Positions 42,660 to 62,159 of a DNA stretch of 64,000 nucleotides are shown piece by piece. Position numbers and translations under genes: made by a program. How positions within the stretch are numbered: position 1 is the first letter of the stretch; every line of letters starts with the position of its first letter. The DNA is from the human T2T-CHM13v2.0 reference genome, Homo sapiens. Location: assembly GCF_009914755.1 (NCBI RefSeq), contig NC_060925.1, one strand, 5' to 3'. The notes beneath the pieces were generated by a model. It had not been told where the DNA came from. It saw only the letters and a list, made by a program, of their open reading frames with translations, and searched no databases.

Positions 42660-43583
42660 CAAATTTTTAAACTGCTTCTTTTAGTACTGAATAGACAGCC
42701 AAAAAAATTAGTAAGTGTATAGAAAATATTAACCACACTATTATCCAATGTGACCTAACAGTAACTAAGGGAATACTACTTCTAATTATAAGAGAATGCA
42801 TCTGGAATATATACTCATATGAATCTTATTCTAGGTGCTAAAATGAGCCTCAAAATACCTTAATAATTTAAATCTTTACAAAATATGCTTTCAAATGACA
42901 ACAGAATTAAATTAGAAATGAGCATGATAAGATAGCTAGAAAAGTCCTAAATAAGTAGAAAGTAAGCAATACACTTTTAAATAATTTATTGCTTTTAAAA
43001 ATCGCAATGGAAATTATATATATATGGGTGTGTATGCATGCACACATGCAGGTGTGTGTATGATTTATAGGAATTATAAGAATCCATCAATATTTGTGTA
43101 ATTCAGCCAAAGTAGTGTGTAGGTGTAAATGCATAGCTCAAAGTGCTTGTCTTAGAAAAAAAGAGAAAGTTTTAAAATCAATAATCTAAAAAGACACAAA
43201 TGAATAGAGAGCCATAACATGACTACGGATAGGAAAACTCAATATTAAGACAGCTATTCTACCCAAATGAATCTATAAATTCAATTTAGTATCAATAAAA
43301 ATCAATACACCTGATTGACAAATAATTCTAAAATTTATCTATCTAGAATAATCAAAACAATATTGAAAAGGAGCTTGGGGAACATACTCTATACAATGAA
43401 AAGACTTATTATAAAGATACACTAATGAAGATGGTGTCATGTTTTTGCAATAATATGAATATTTTTAAATGGAACAAAAGAAACAGTTCAGAAATCGATC
43501 TACAAGTACACATTCAACACATTCCTCACAGGTGCAAAGGTAATGCAGTGGGGAAAACATTGATCCTTTTAACAAATGATGCC

Positions 43584-43981
43584 TGATGGAATAAAGTCTG
43601 ACTCCACCTTTTGATGTTTGACAGTTGACAGCTTTAAGCCTCACTTCTCCCTCTTCTGCATATGCCCCATATCCTGGGCAGGATGATAAGACTCTTCCTC
43701 ATTTGGTGCTAACTTGAAGTTAAAACCACGTAAAAGAATCCTCACTTGGTGCACATACCCTAACTACTATAAAAAGTCCAAGCCAAGGTATTTTCTCAAG
43801 TCTCTTAAACCATTTTCAAACCAATGTGGGAAGCTGGATTTGTTCTCTCCAGAAATCTCCATTAAGTGAGTAACAAACCTTATTATAATCTCTTTATGGG
43901 TATATGTGCCATCATCAGCCTTTTTATCTGAACCAAAGTTTTTGTGAGGGCCCATGCTGGTTTTGTGTGGTGGCTACTATA
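43584..43981 (+). mobile_element. ERVL-type LTR (MER74/MER73 group-like)
   Basis: TGATGGAATAAAGTCTGACTCCACCTTTTGATGTTTGACAGTTGACAGCTTT start, TATA ctataaaaa near 43767. Interrupts an L1 motif. TSD is unclear. Confidence 0.6.
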
Positions 43982-44670
43982 CTGGAATGTTTGGATATTC
44001 ACATGAAAATATAAAATTAAACCTCTACCTCACATTATACACAAAAAGGCAATTGAGAAAGATCTTAGAGCACAGGAACTTTTATTAACTATAAGGCTTC
44101 TGGAATAAAATATAGATATAAAGCAACATATTTTTAGGAAGCAGGAACTCTTGCTATGAAATTTAAAATTTGATAAGCTAGATTTCAGCAAAGCAAATAT
44201 TCCGTTCTTCCAAAGAAGAAAAAGATAAGAAAAGGCAGAGTAAGAAAATAGTTGCAATATATATATCTAACAATGATTCATGGCATGAAATAAATAAGTT
44301 TTACAATCTTTAAAAACCACACACAAAATTAAAATTTAGAGTAAAATGTTAAACATAAAGTTCAAAAAGGGGATATATAAATGATCCATTACACATGACC
44401 AGGTGCAGAAATCTGTAAAATCATTAGTAATGGAAATGCATGCTAAAATCGCAAACATTTTTAAACATGACAATGTCAAGTGCTGAGACTGTAGAGCAAT
44501 TGGAACTCTAATGCAATCATTTTGGAAGACACTTTAGTTAAATCTTATGACCTTAAATATAATCTACTCTAAGACCCTACTTGTAGGTGTAATAAAAAAT
44601 GAAAATGTATGTCTATGAATAACTTGTACACAAATGTTCATATGAGTTTTATTCATAGAAATAAAAAATA

Positions 44671-44999
<329 letters not shown>

Positions 45000-45371
45000 T
45001 CAATACAAATGTCCATCAATAAGTAGAGAGATAAACAAATCATATTTACTCAGCAATAAAAGGGAACATACATCAATATAAATAAATCTGAAAAATATAC
45101 TGTATGTACATACTGTATTTGCAACACAAACCATAGATTTTCATTTATTTGAATTTCTAGAGCAGGCAAAAAAAAAAGCTTTGGTGATAGAAATTAGAAA
45201 GTAGTTGTCACTTTGTAGAGGTGCAGGGATTGACAATATAAAAGGCATAAACTGTCTAGAATGATGGAATTGAGGTCATGCATTTGTCAAAACTCATGTA
45301 ATTTCAGAATTAAAATGTTGGTTTTTATTTATATAAAAGATCCTTCACTAAAAAACAAAAAACAAAAAACT

Positions 45372-45700
45372 GGCCAGGCACAGTGGCTCATGCCTGTAAT
45401 TCCAGCCCTTTGGGAGGCAGACAGAACACTTGAGGTCAGGAGTTCGAGACCAGCCTGGCCAACATGGCGAAACCCTGTCTCTACAAAAAATACAAAAATT
45501 AGCTGGGCATGGTGGCATTCACCTGTAGTCCCTGCTCCTTGGGAAGCTGAGGCAGGAGAATTGCTTGAGCATGGGAGGCAGAAGTTGCAGTGAGCCAAAA
45601 TCACGCCACTGCACTCCAGCTTGTGCGATGGAGTGAGGCTCTGTCTCAAAAAATAAAAATAAAATAAATAAATAAATAAAAATAAAAATAAAAAAAACAA
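45372..45700 (+). mobile_element. AluS
   Basis: Dimeric Alu with a short left-arm deletion and an (AAAT/AAAAT)n tail. Confidence 0.92.
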
Positions 45701-48414
45701 CGAAAAACTAACAAAAATAGAAAACAAATTGTTCAGTGAGTATCATTAAAAGACAGTTTGGTGACATTTCCACTTAAAAATACATTAGCAATATGATTAA
45801 AGGTGTAGAGTATAAAAAATGTCTTTAGGAGAAGTGGAGAAATCATGAGCTCTATCAGTTATCTATGTAGAAAGTTTGGGCAGAAAGTTTATCACCTACC
45901 ATGAATGGATTTCAACAATACTAAACTCAACACTTCCAGCACCCCATGTACAATATGTTTCCTCCAGATTTTTAAGTCTCCTATGTTCATGAAATGCATA
46001 TTTTATGAAGAAGCAATCTACTGACATACTAATAAATTTTCTAGCTTCAAAACATCTAAATTTTAAAAAAGTAGAAAAAATGTAACCATTGCTTCAAGCA
46101 TCTTCCTGAGATACTTTACTGGAAACATTACATAGTAGATGAAGGTCAGGTTAAGTTTCTAGTTCCCTAGAACTGCTAAACTCACTTTTCCAGAGCAACT
46201 CTACTTTCATCTGCTTTATAACAGGATTTCTCAAGAGATGTTGATTAAAGAATAAAGTATAGTGTTAAAAGCTATCTGTCCTTGTACAGAAAACAGATCC
46301 GTGGTTGCCAGGGCCAATGAGGGGAGGAAGAAGCAGGAGGAGCATCATGGGACTTTTTTCATTTATCAAAATGCTCTATATTTTGATTGTGGTAGTGCTT
46401 GCAGAAGTATGTGCATTTTTCAAAATTAAAAAAACTGTACACCTAAATAGTGGGAAAATTATGTGACTCTAACTTTAAAAAAATCAAAGGATGATTAAAC
46501 CACCTGCTCTACATTCTGGTAAGAGTCTTTGTAAGAAGTTGTACATGATATATCACATTTCCATTTATTTTTACTATGCCCTATCTGCCTGAGGAATTAG
46601 TATGCTGTGTACACAGATTTTGGTTAGCAGAAAGGAAGCCATGGCTATGTCTCTTTCACTGAAAAAAAAAAACACACAAGTAAATAACTTTGTAAATAAA
46701 TACTGTCTCTTAACATCACACTCTAAGTGCTTCCTATCTCTTTTTTACACATAACCAAAAAATGTAGCAAGAAAGAATTCTAGAAATGTATTGCCTCCAT
46801 TTTCTTCCTTTCATGCCTGCTTAACTTATCAAATATAACTCTTCCTTTTTACATGCCACTTTAATTATATTATGGTAAAATAATATTTTTGTATTTTTTC
46901 ATTATTTTAATTACCTTAAATTTTTTGAGATTTGATTTGCTTTATTGTTAAGGTTTATATTATAGTTTATCATTTTTTAGTATTTCATATGACCTTGAAA
47001 AGAATGTGTATTTTGCTGTAGTTGAGTGGAATTGTGTATAATTGTCAGTTAAATAAATTTAATTGACAGAGTTATTCAGGTATTGCATATCTTTATTTTC
47101 TGATTATTATTGAGAGAAGAATGTTGAAGTCTTCAACTATACTTGTGCATTTGTCTGCTTCACATTTCAGTACTGTCAGTTTTTGATTCACGTATTTTGG
47201 AACACTCTTGTTGACTGATGCATGTACATTCAGGATTGTCATGTCATTTTTATTTCTGATTTTATTATCTACTTAAACTGGGTTCTTACAGACAATATGT
47301 AGTTGGATTTTTTTAATCCAATTTAACAGTCTTCTAACCAATGTGTTTTAGCCATTTAGACTTTATTTAATTTGTGATATGATTGGATTCAGTGATACCG
47401 TATTACTTACTTTTTTTTTCCCAGTTTGTCCACTCTGTTTTAACTTTATTTTGGTCATTCTTTTTGTGGCTTATTTTGGAGTATTTAGTTTTTTTTTTTA
47501 GTATTACATTTTATTTACCCATTGGATTTTTAGTTACACCTTTCCATTATTTTTCAAAGGGTTGTTTAGTGATTACTATATGCACACTTAACATTTCACA
47601 GTCTATTAATAGTTAATGTAATACTTCAAGTAAAATATGGAATCCTGGCAAATATACAGGCCCCCTTATCATCATCTACTGAACTTTATGGTATTGTTAT
47701 CATATGTGTTATTATACACTTACAAAACTCCAATAGACAATGTTATGATTTTAATCTAAAGATTCATATACTTTTTAAAGTATTTAAAGTATTATTTTAT
47801 ATTTACCAAAAATCTACCATTGCTGTTGCTCTTTCTTCATACTTAAGCCTCCAAATTTCCATCTGACATCTTTTCCATCGTTCTAAAATACTTTCTTTAG
47901 TGGTTCTTTTAGAATAATCTCACTGGAAACAAATTAACTTGGTTTTCTTTTATTTAATATTTTCTTTATTAAGCCATCTTCCTGGTCTTCCTGATGAGAA
48001 ACCTGTTTTCATTTTTAAGGTTAAATTTATGGTTAATATCCATGTCTTGCATTAATTTTTCTTTCTGATTTCAAGAATTTCTTATATTTCATTTTTACTA
48101 GTTGAATATGATGTATCTATTTGTTGCTGTCTGAGTTTAACTTATTTGGAATTTGCTGATCTTCTTAAATCTTTGAATTTATGATGTTTGCCAAATTAGA
48201 AAAGGTTTTAGTCATTATTCAAATATTATATTTTTTTTCTGTATTTATCTCTTTCTTCCTTCTGAAGCTCCAACAAAAGCTATTTTCAGTATGATATTGT
48301 TCCACAGGTCTGGGGATTTCTTTTCATATATTTCAAAACATATTTTTCAGATAGAATAAGTTCTATCAATTTATCCTCAAGTTCACTGATTACTATCTCC
48401 ATTATCTCCCTTCT

Positions 48415-51006
<2,592 letters not shown>

Positions 51007-54000
51007 TAAAAAAATTTTAGGCATTAAAATTTTCAGTTCTAGAATATCAAGTTAGACCTTTTAAAATATTCTTAATTTCTCTGCCAAATATTTATATTTT
51101 TTCATTTATTTCAAATGTTTATTTTTACCTCACGGCTCCCAGTTATAATAATGATTTCAAAATATTTGTCTGATATTTCCAACATTTGAATTCCAACATC
51201 TCAGGGTTGGAATTTGTTGATTATTGTTTCATTTGAAAATTGTTCACATTTTCTAGGTTATTTGTACGTCATGTAACTTTGGATTGAATCCTAGACATTC
51301 TGAATGTCATGTTTTGTAGACTCTGAATTTTGTTAGAATCTTACAAACTATGCTGTTGTTTTTGGTGTGTTTATTTGAGTAGAAAATCAGTCTGATTAGG
51401 TTCAGTTTGCAAGTTCTGCCTCACTTTCTGTGAGCAGTGGCTCTAATGTCACTTTGGTTTTCAAGGACTTTCATGCTGTTTTGGGTCTGTTTCATGCAGA
51501 CACCACTTAAGTATTAGTTTGCGACATAAGCAGAAGTTTAAATTTGAGTTCAGTTCTCAAATTCTTTATTATGCTCTTTTCAATCACATGTGCCCTTCAG
51601 AGATAAGCCCAAAACCAGACTCACATGGATTTATGCACAGAATTAAAGGATATCTTTCTTCAGTTTTCTCTTCTTTGGATTTCCCTACAATCCTTGCCTA
51701 CAAAGCTGCAGAAGCCCTTTCTTCATTTGCGCTGGCCAGAAAATTGATTTTCTAGTACAGCCTTAGCTGACCATATTACTGCTTCACCAAGCAGCAACAT
51801 GACGGGGGACTGGTCTTTAGGCAAAGCTGCAGGAGAAAAAAAAGCGTGGCTAGGATAGAAGGAAATTTAACCCTTTGACAATTGCTTCCCTAAGTTTTGG
51901 CAACCCTTCACAATTCACATGCTTTTGATTCCTTTTGAGAGTCCTCAGATAATAGCTTTTTGTATTTTTCCAGAAATTTTATCTGTAATCAGTAGGAGAA
52001 ATAGATTATAGTAGACTGATCTTATTTTAACCAAAATCAGAATCATAGACAGTCTCTTTAAACAGCATGTATGTGTAACTTTGATTGAAATAAAAATAAT
52101 CTAATTTGATTTCCTGACCATTTTCAAAAAGCGTAAATCTAATATAACTATACAAATAAATAGAAATTGTATTGCTTAGAATGTCTGCTATGATTATCAA
52201 ATGTATTATGTATAGAAAAAAAGATGTGCATTTGTCTGTATTAGATTTATCTTCTACTCATAAATAAGTTATCCCTTAAAACAGGTTTTCCCAAAGTGTC
52301 CTATACCTCTAACTAGTTATTTTATGACTTAAAAAATACTGAATTAAACAAAATTAAGCCCATTATTAGTGATGTTCCCAGTGAAATGTCAAGAGGGCAC
52401 TATATTTTACCATGTAATCTTTTTTTATTCCCTTATAGCATCTCAATCATCTAGAGTTCTACACAACCATCTTTAAAGTGCCTCTTAAATATCTATATGT
52501 ATTAAAAATAACTGAAAGATTAACAAAAAATTATTTAATGGAATTACTTAGGAAATTAGTTGGCTCATAAAATTCTAGGTGGCATTGTTCAAAAGGAAAA
52601 ATTCTGATTTGGTATTACGTTGAACTTGGATCTAGCAGGATTCATTAGTTTTACGATGAAGGGCTATAAGAAATATGAAGAGAAAGCTTATTATATTTAT
52701 GTCAAAGTGTTTCTGCAACCAAAGAGTAATAGGCAATCATGTGTAGGAAGAGGAATAACCATATTGGTTTGACTCATATGATTTTTGCTTTATGGAGTGA
52801 TACATTAGTGCAGAGTTTGGCAAAAAAAAAATGAGAGAGAATTACAGTTAAACTACTATATTTAAATAAGGGACTTGTTTATGTATTGAAAGCTAAATAA
52901 ATCCAATAGGATTTTTATTTTTTAATATTTTCTGATATACTTTGATTTTATAAAGGTACGCTCACCAGGTAATGTGAAATTTCAGTGCCGACTACTCTCA
53001 CACTGTACACTTGGCATTCTCATTTTCAGATGTTACAAACATTACTTGCACACTTACTCTAAATAGAGGTAATCAGTGCCAAGCATTATAAATGGCAGCG
53101 TACATTGTAAAGGTTTGGTGATTGAATTTTAAATTCCTTTGATTTAAACCTACACAATCAGACTAAAAACTACTTCTATGCACTTTGGTATTTAATTATC
53201 TTAAAGCACAGAAACATATTATCATCCTGAAAGTGTTTTATTATAAAAATTCATATAAGTAGTATATGTTTTCAAATTCCAAAGCTCTCTTCTAATCTTG
53301 TTTTTATAATGAAATTTATTTAAGTCTAATATAAGCATAATGTAGAGTAATGTGTCTTCTGTACCACAAAATAAATGTGGAGAATAAATTCATTATTTCT
53401 TCTTCAGCAGGTCTCATTTTAATCTTGGTACTATAGACAAAGTAATTTCTTCTCTGACTACACTGATGAAGATTCCAAACTAATTCTCAGTAAAATGAGA
53501 AGTCTTTAAAAATATGGTTTTATCATATTCTGCAGTCTCCTTAATTTCCCAAGTGCACTACTTTTTTATCTCAGCCTTAATTTTAATGTGGCATCGTTTG
53601 CCCTGCATGATCAAATATAAGATAGGACATGTACATACTGAAACACTCTTAAGAAAGATATTTTGTAAATATTCTTTATTTGATGTATCCTGTATTTTTC
53701 AGTATGTTCAATTTTTACATTTTTATTTTATACATTTACTATTTTTATAGATGGGACAGGAATATAATTCTACAAGTAAACACTCCTTTTTAGGTTTAAA
53801 CTTCAATGACTTTGCTATATGATCTTTTTATTTGTAGGTCTAGTCCCTTTCCAATGGTCTAGAAACTGGGTTGTTAACAAATAATCCATATGGCAACATA
53901 AGTATCTGTGGAGGAGGTAAATAGCTGCATATGTTTGAGAGAACTGATGCAGAGAAAATCGGCTGCAAACCCAAAATAAAAACAGAGTTTATGTCTCCCA

Positions 54001-54989
54001 AAATGTTTCTTTATATTTATTTAGCATTTTAATTTCTTTACATTTATTTAGCATTGTAATTTCTTAAGTCCTTTTTTAACCAATTTGAACATTTTTATTT
54101 TGTTTTGTTCTGTTTATTTCTCTTTTATCACAGGAAGTCTATAGTACGTGATTTCCACTTAAATAGGAGATAAAGGCCTGAAGTTTCAGAATTACACTCT
54201 GAAGATCTTCCAGGGGTCAGAGTGGAAATGAAGTACACTCTCTCCCTAGATTGAGTGCAAGGGCTTCCCTGCTTTACCTGAGTCTTTATGAATACATAGA
54301 CCTATACCCAAATCTCATTAGCATATTTAGTCTGATATGGGACTAATCCTTATATATACTGCCAAAGTAAATGTGTATACACATTGTTCATAGCTTCACA
54401 CACTTCTGAATTGTTCAGTAGAAATACATTTAAAAACAAAAAGTATAATAGCTGCACAAACAGTTATTACTTGACTGATTAGCCTACATAATTTTCCTTT
54501 AACAAAATATTTTTGGAAGAAAGAAAACATTCTTAGCATTTTTATTCTTGAAAAAATAACTAGGCACTTATTACTAAATAGACATGTTATAAAATCACTT
54601 AGTAATTTATGAAAATATGCTATTTGTTTTAAAAATTATGATATGTGTGAATATATGCCATGGTGAGCATGATCCTCATCACCATGGAGCTCAGTTCAAT
54701 AAGTTTAAACAAATATAACCAGCAATGAAATCATATCACATGAAGATATAAAATAATTTGAGCACTCCCAAAAGATACTTCACTTCTATCTGCATATTGA
54801 ATGTTCCCCCATCCCTACAGATTCTTTTAACCATTCATTCCTTTCCTTTCCCTAGCATTTTTTGTTTCTTTGCTTGTTTGTTTTCTGTCATTTCTACAGA
54901 ATCACATAAAAAGAATTATGTGATATGTAGCCTTAACATAATGCTTTTGGGTTGTATACTCATATTGCATTTTGTTTATCAATTACCCA

Positions 54990-57352
<2,363 letters not shown>

Positions 57353-57843
57353 AGTCTTTCAAAAAATTTATTAGAAAGTGCTGTTAGCATTAGTTTAGAG
57401 GTCCATCAGTGGACATATGTTTTAGTTTCTTTTAGACAAAAAACAAAAATGGAAATGCCAGATTGAATGGTGTTATATTTAACTTAAAAGAAAATTCCAA
57501 ACTGTTTCCCAACATTGCTAACCCATTTTGTATTCCCACCAGAATCAGATGAGAATTCCAGTTGTTCCACATCCTCAACAGCATTTGCTGTCATTAATCT
57601 TTTTAATTTTAGCCATTCTTAAAAGGATGGAATAGTATGACATTGACATGTTAAATTACATTTACTTAATGACTGACGATGTTGTGCACCTTTTCATGTC
57701 ATTCGTTATCTGTATATGTTATTTGGAGATGTTTTTGTTTTATTTTACTTTGCTTATTGTTATTGAGTTGTTTGTCTTATTGATTTATAAGAGTATATAG
57801 TATGGAAAAAGTACCTTGTCAGATATGTGTTTGTATTAGTCGG

Positions 57844-59369
57844 GTGTTGCTGAAAAGATACTCCAAAATGTGGAAGCGACTTTGGAACTCGGTAACAGGC
57901 AGAGGCTGGAACAGTTTGGAGGGCTCAGAAGACAGGAAAATGTAGGAAAGTTTGGAACTTCCTAGAGACTTGTTGAAAGCCTTTGACAAAAATGCTGCTG
58001 ACAGTGATATGAACAATAAGGTCGAGGCTGAAGTGGTCTCAGATATTGATGAGAAATTTCTTGGGAACTGGAACAAAGGTGACTCTTGTTATGCATTAGC
58101 AAAGAGACGGGTGACATTTTGCCCCTGCCCTAGAGATTTGTGGAACTTTGAACTTGAGAGAGATGATTTAGAGTATCTGAAGAAATTTCTAAGCAGCAAA
58201 GCATTCAAGAGGTGACTTGGGTACTGTTAAAGACATTCAGTTTTATAAGGGAGGCAGAGCATGAAAGTTCAGAAACTTTGCAGCATGATGATGTGATAAT
58301 GAAAATCCCATTTTCTGAGGAGAAATTCAAACCAGCTGCAGAAATTTGCATAAGTGACAAGGGGCGAAATGTTAATCCCCAAGACAATGGGGAAAATGTC
58401 TCCAGGGCATGTCAGAGGTCTTCACAGCAGCCCCTCCCGTTACAGGCCAGAAGCCTAGGAGGAAAATGTGGTTTCGTGGGCGAAGCCCAGGGTCCTGTGC
58501 TATGTTAGGCCTAAGGACTTGGTGCCCAGTTTCCCACCTGCTCCAGCCATGGCTAAAAGAGGCCAAGGTACAATGTGGTCTGTTGCTTCAGATGGTGCAA
58601 GGCCCAAGCCTTGGTAGCTTCTACGTGGCACTGATTCTGCAAGTGGACGGAAGTCAATAATTGAGGTTTGGGAACTTCCACCTAGATTTCAGAAGATGTA
58701 GGGAAACGTCTGGATCCCCAGGCAGAAGTTTGCTGGAGGGGCAAGGCCCCTATGGAGAACCTCTGCTAGGGCAGTGTGGAAGGGAAATTTAGGGTTGGAG
58801 CCTCCACACAGAGTTCCTACTGGGGCACTGCTTAGTGGAGCTGTGAGAAGACGACCCCAGACCCCAGACCCCAGTCCTCCAGACCCCAGAATGGTAGATC
58901 CACCAACAGCTTGCACCATGCACCTGGAAAAGCCACAGACACTCAATGCCATGCTGTGAAAGCAGCCAGGAGAAAGGCTGTACCCTGCAAAGTTACAAGG
59001 GCAGAGCTGTTCGAGACCAAAGGTGTCAAAGGAGTCAAAGGTGGTAATTTTGGTGCTTTAAGATTTGACTGCCCCACTAGATTTCTGACTTGCACGGGGA
59101 CTGTAGCCCCTTCGTTTGGCCAATTTCTTCCATTTGGAATGGCTGTATTTATCCAATGCCTGTATCCCCACAGTATGTAGGAAGTAACTAACTTGCTTTT
59201 GATTTTACAGGCTTATAGGTGGAAAGCAATTGCCTTGTCTCAAATGAGACTTTGGACTGTGGACTTTTGAGATGATGCTGAAATGAGTTGAGAATCTGGG
59301 GAACTGTTGGAAGGCATGATTGTTTTTGAAATGTAAAAATATGAGATTTGGGAGGGGCCAGGAGCAGAA
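57844..59369 (+). mobile_element. THE1-int (MaLR internal region with decayed gag-like ORF); 5' LTR absent
   Basis: gttgctgaaaagatac..aatgtggaagcgactttggaact; peptide ELPRDLLKAFDKNAADSDMNNKV..CPCPRDLWNFELERDD; polypurine tract ggaggggccaggagcagaa before the 3' LTR. Confidence 0.93.
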
Positions 59370-59754
59370 TGATATGGTTTGGCTCTGTGTCCCCAACCAA
59401 ATGTCATCTTGTAGCTCCCATAATTCCCTCATGTTGTGGGAGGGACCCGGTGGGAGATGATTGAATCATGGGGGCAGGTCTTTCCCATGCTGTTCTTGTG
59501 ATAGTGAATGGGTCTCACAAGATCTGATGGTTTTAAAAAGGGGAGTTTCTCCACAAGGCATCTTTGCCTGCTGCCATCCACATAAGATGTGACTTGCTCT
59601 TCCTTGCCTTCCACCAGGACTGTGAGGCCTCCCCAGCTACATGGAACTGTAAGTCCAGTAAACCTCTTTCTTTTGTAAATTGCCCAGTCTTGAATATGTC
59701 TTTATCATGACATGATAATGTCATGATAATATGGCATGAAAATGGACTAATACA
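59370..59754 (+). mobile_element. THE1B-like 3' LTR
   Basis: TGATATGGTTTGGCTCTGTGTCCCC ... GGACTAATACA. Confidence 0.95.
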
Positions 59755-61271
59755 ATGTTTTAAAAACTAAACTCTGTGACTTTATTAAATAGTGTCTGTC
59801 AAGGAAGATACTATTAATTTTGATGAGGGGCATCCAATCTATCATTCTTTTCCAATATAGTTTATACGTATATGTCTTGTTTAATAAAGTGTTGCCCAAT
59901 CCAAGGTCATAGAAATGCCACATCTGGCTAATTCTTGACATGTTATAGTTTTAACTCTTCTGTTTAGGGCCACAACCCATTTTTAGTTAATTATTTTATT
60001 GCATATGATTTAAGTAAACGATTGAGTTTCATCATTCTTTCTGTATTTTATGTGAAAGTTTTCTATCATCATATGGTGAAAAGACCATTCTTCTACCATT
60101 GAGTTACTTAAGCTTTATATTAAAAATGTATGGACCACATATGTCTGGAGCTATCTATGGACTCTAAATTGTGTTACTCTGTGAGACATATTTTTGTTCA
60201 TAAGTCAAAACCATACTTTCTTCACTACTATATATTTACAATAAGTCTAGAAATCAGGAAGTATGAGTTCTCCCATTTCATTCTTATGTATCATCTTAAA
60301 TGGCAGAATAATATGCTTAAAATAATAAAATATTACAGTACTGAAAAAAGCAGAAAGAAGACCATCAACTGTGTATAAGAATTGAGAATTAATTAGAATA
60401 TAAATATAATATTTTATTGACTGAAAAAGAAGGCTAATATAAGTAACAGCACACAAATAAACAAGGACAAAAACATGCCAAATTTAAAGAAATATCAGTG
60501 GTATACCAAGAATAAATCAATAAATACTAAGATGAAGAAAGGTCTCTAGGATCCTTATTAGGGTGGTTAAACACTACATTCAAAACACATAGGGAAAGCA
60601 ATTCCCACACTAGACCTTCAGTACCTCCATCTACACCAAGGTTCTCAGCTCAATGTCTTGTAGTGTGATTTGGCTACAAGTAACTGAGAACCAAATAACA
60701 ATGGCTCTATTGATATAAAACTGAGTACACACAATATACACACACCCAAGCATATATATAAATATATTTGAAATATGAAATACATATAAAGATATACATG
60801 AAAATTATATCATAACTCAAATTATTATCCCAATATAGTAATTTTTTGAGTTGGATTCCATACCAATCCCATCACAGATATCTTGTAGATGTTTGAATTT
60901 TAGCAAATTATTTCACATCTTTGATCTTTAATTACCTTTCTATTAATCAGAAAGTATGATACCATTTGTAGGAATACAGTGTCCATTACCTCATATACAA
61001 TATTAAGAACTGAGTACAATTAATTACCTTGCCTTCCATGAATATTCTTAACATATATATTTCAATTTCTAGCACCACACTGACCAACAGTTTTTTGAAA
61101 AAATAAATGATGAAAAACTATTATTCATAGAGTATTGTAACATATCTGATTTGTTTAAATATCATCCTAAATATGTGCTTTTTTTCTCAACTGATATTTC
61201 CAGGATCCTCTCCATCACCGAATTAGAGATTTAAAATTCTCTACTTCCCTTACCCTATAACCACATCCTTC

Positions 61272-61390
61272 ACATATAAATATATATCTTCTCATATACG
61301 TATATATATCTTCACATATATATATCTTCATATATATATCTTCACATATATATATATTCATGTATACATATATATGTATATGTATATATG
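61272..61390. repeat. (TA)n-derived degenerate tandem repeat (tatatatcttcaca-like units)
   Basis: Repeated tatatatcttca(ca) units. Confidence 0.85.
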
Positions 61391-62159
61391 CATTTATCCT
61401 TATTTATCCTTATCCCTAGAGTCCTAGGTGAAGCTGTACTCATTATGGTTCTATATTACTGCAATAGTCTCCTAGTCTCAGAACTATCCTTGTTAACTAT
61501 AGGGTAGCTTTCGATTTCCTCAAATCAATCCTTCAAATATATATCAAAACAATCCATGAAAATTTGATTTTGTCAATTTTAGGATTAAAATTATTCATTG
61601 GAATGGGGTTGCCTCTGTGACGATTTAGAATTGCTTTAACATGAGAGGTTGAAGTTTTCATTATCTGGCTACTGTGGTTTACATCAGCCTTATCTATATT
61701 ACTCCATTTTTCACAGTTAAATTTCAGTGATAAAAAATACATGTAATTACTCACAATGACATATTCTGTCGATTCTCATATTTTCCTCATGTACATTAAT
61801 CTTGTTAAACAGACATAAACTATATTTCTAGCATATACCCCCTTTGCACTTAATGTAGCATTGAGCATGGCACAGAGATAGTAAAAGCACTTTCTGAAAC
61901 CATTTGTGTTTAATATTTGTGGATTCTTTAATTAAAACTAGTTAAGATATCCCTTCTACTGCTTGTAAGATATACCTGCTTGTATATGCATAAATAATAA
62001 AGGTAATCTGTGAGTTTTAACTGTTATGCATTAGCTCAAAATAGTTCTTTTCACAAACTGACTAGAGAAAAAAATATTTATAAATCAATTTACTTGAATT
62101 CATTCTTAACTTTAAAAATTGAAGTGAATATTTTAATTCAAAAATAACAGTGTGTACCG

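Larger units (their letters stand above)
57400..60290 (-). mobile_element. Old L1M remnant interrupted by the THE1 element
   Basis: cattttgtattcccaccag..gttgttccacatcctcaacagcatttg on the left; ttgcccaatccaaggtcatag..agtctagaaatcagg on the right. Confidence 0.7.

Noticed and set aside
57952-59180. Chain of + strand ORFs
   Set aside because: This is the frameshifted MaLR (THE1-int) ORF remnant; nothing suggests domestication.
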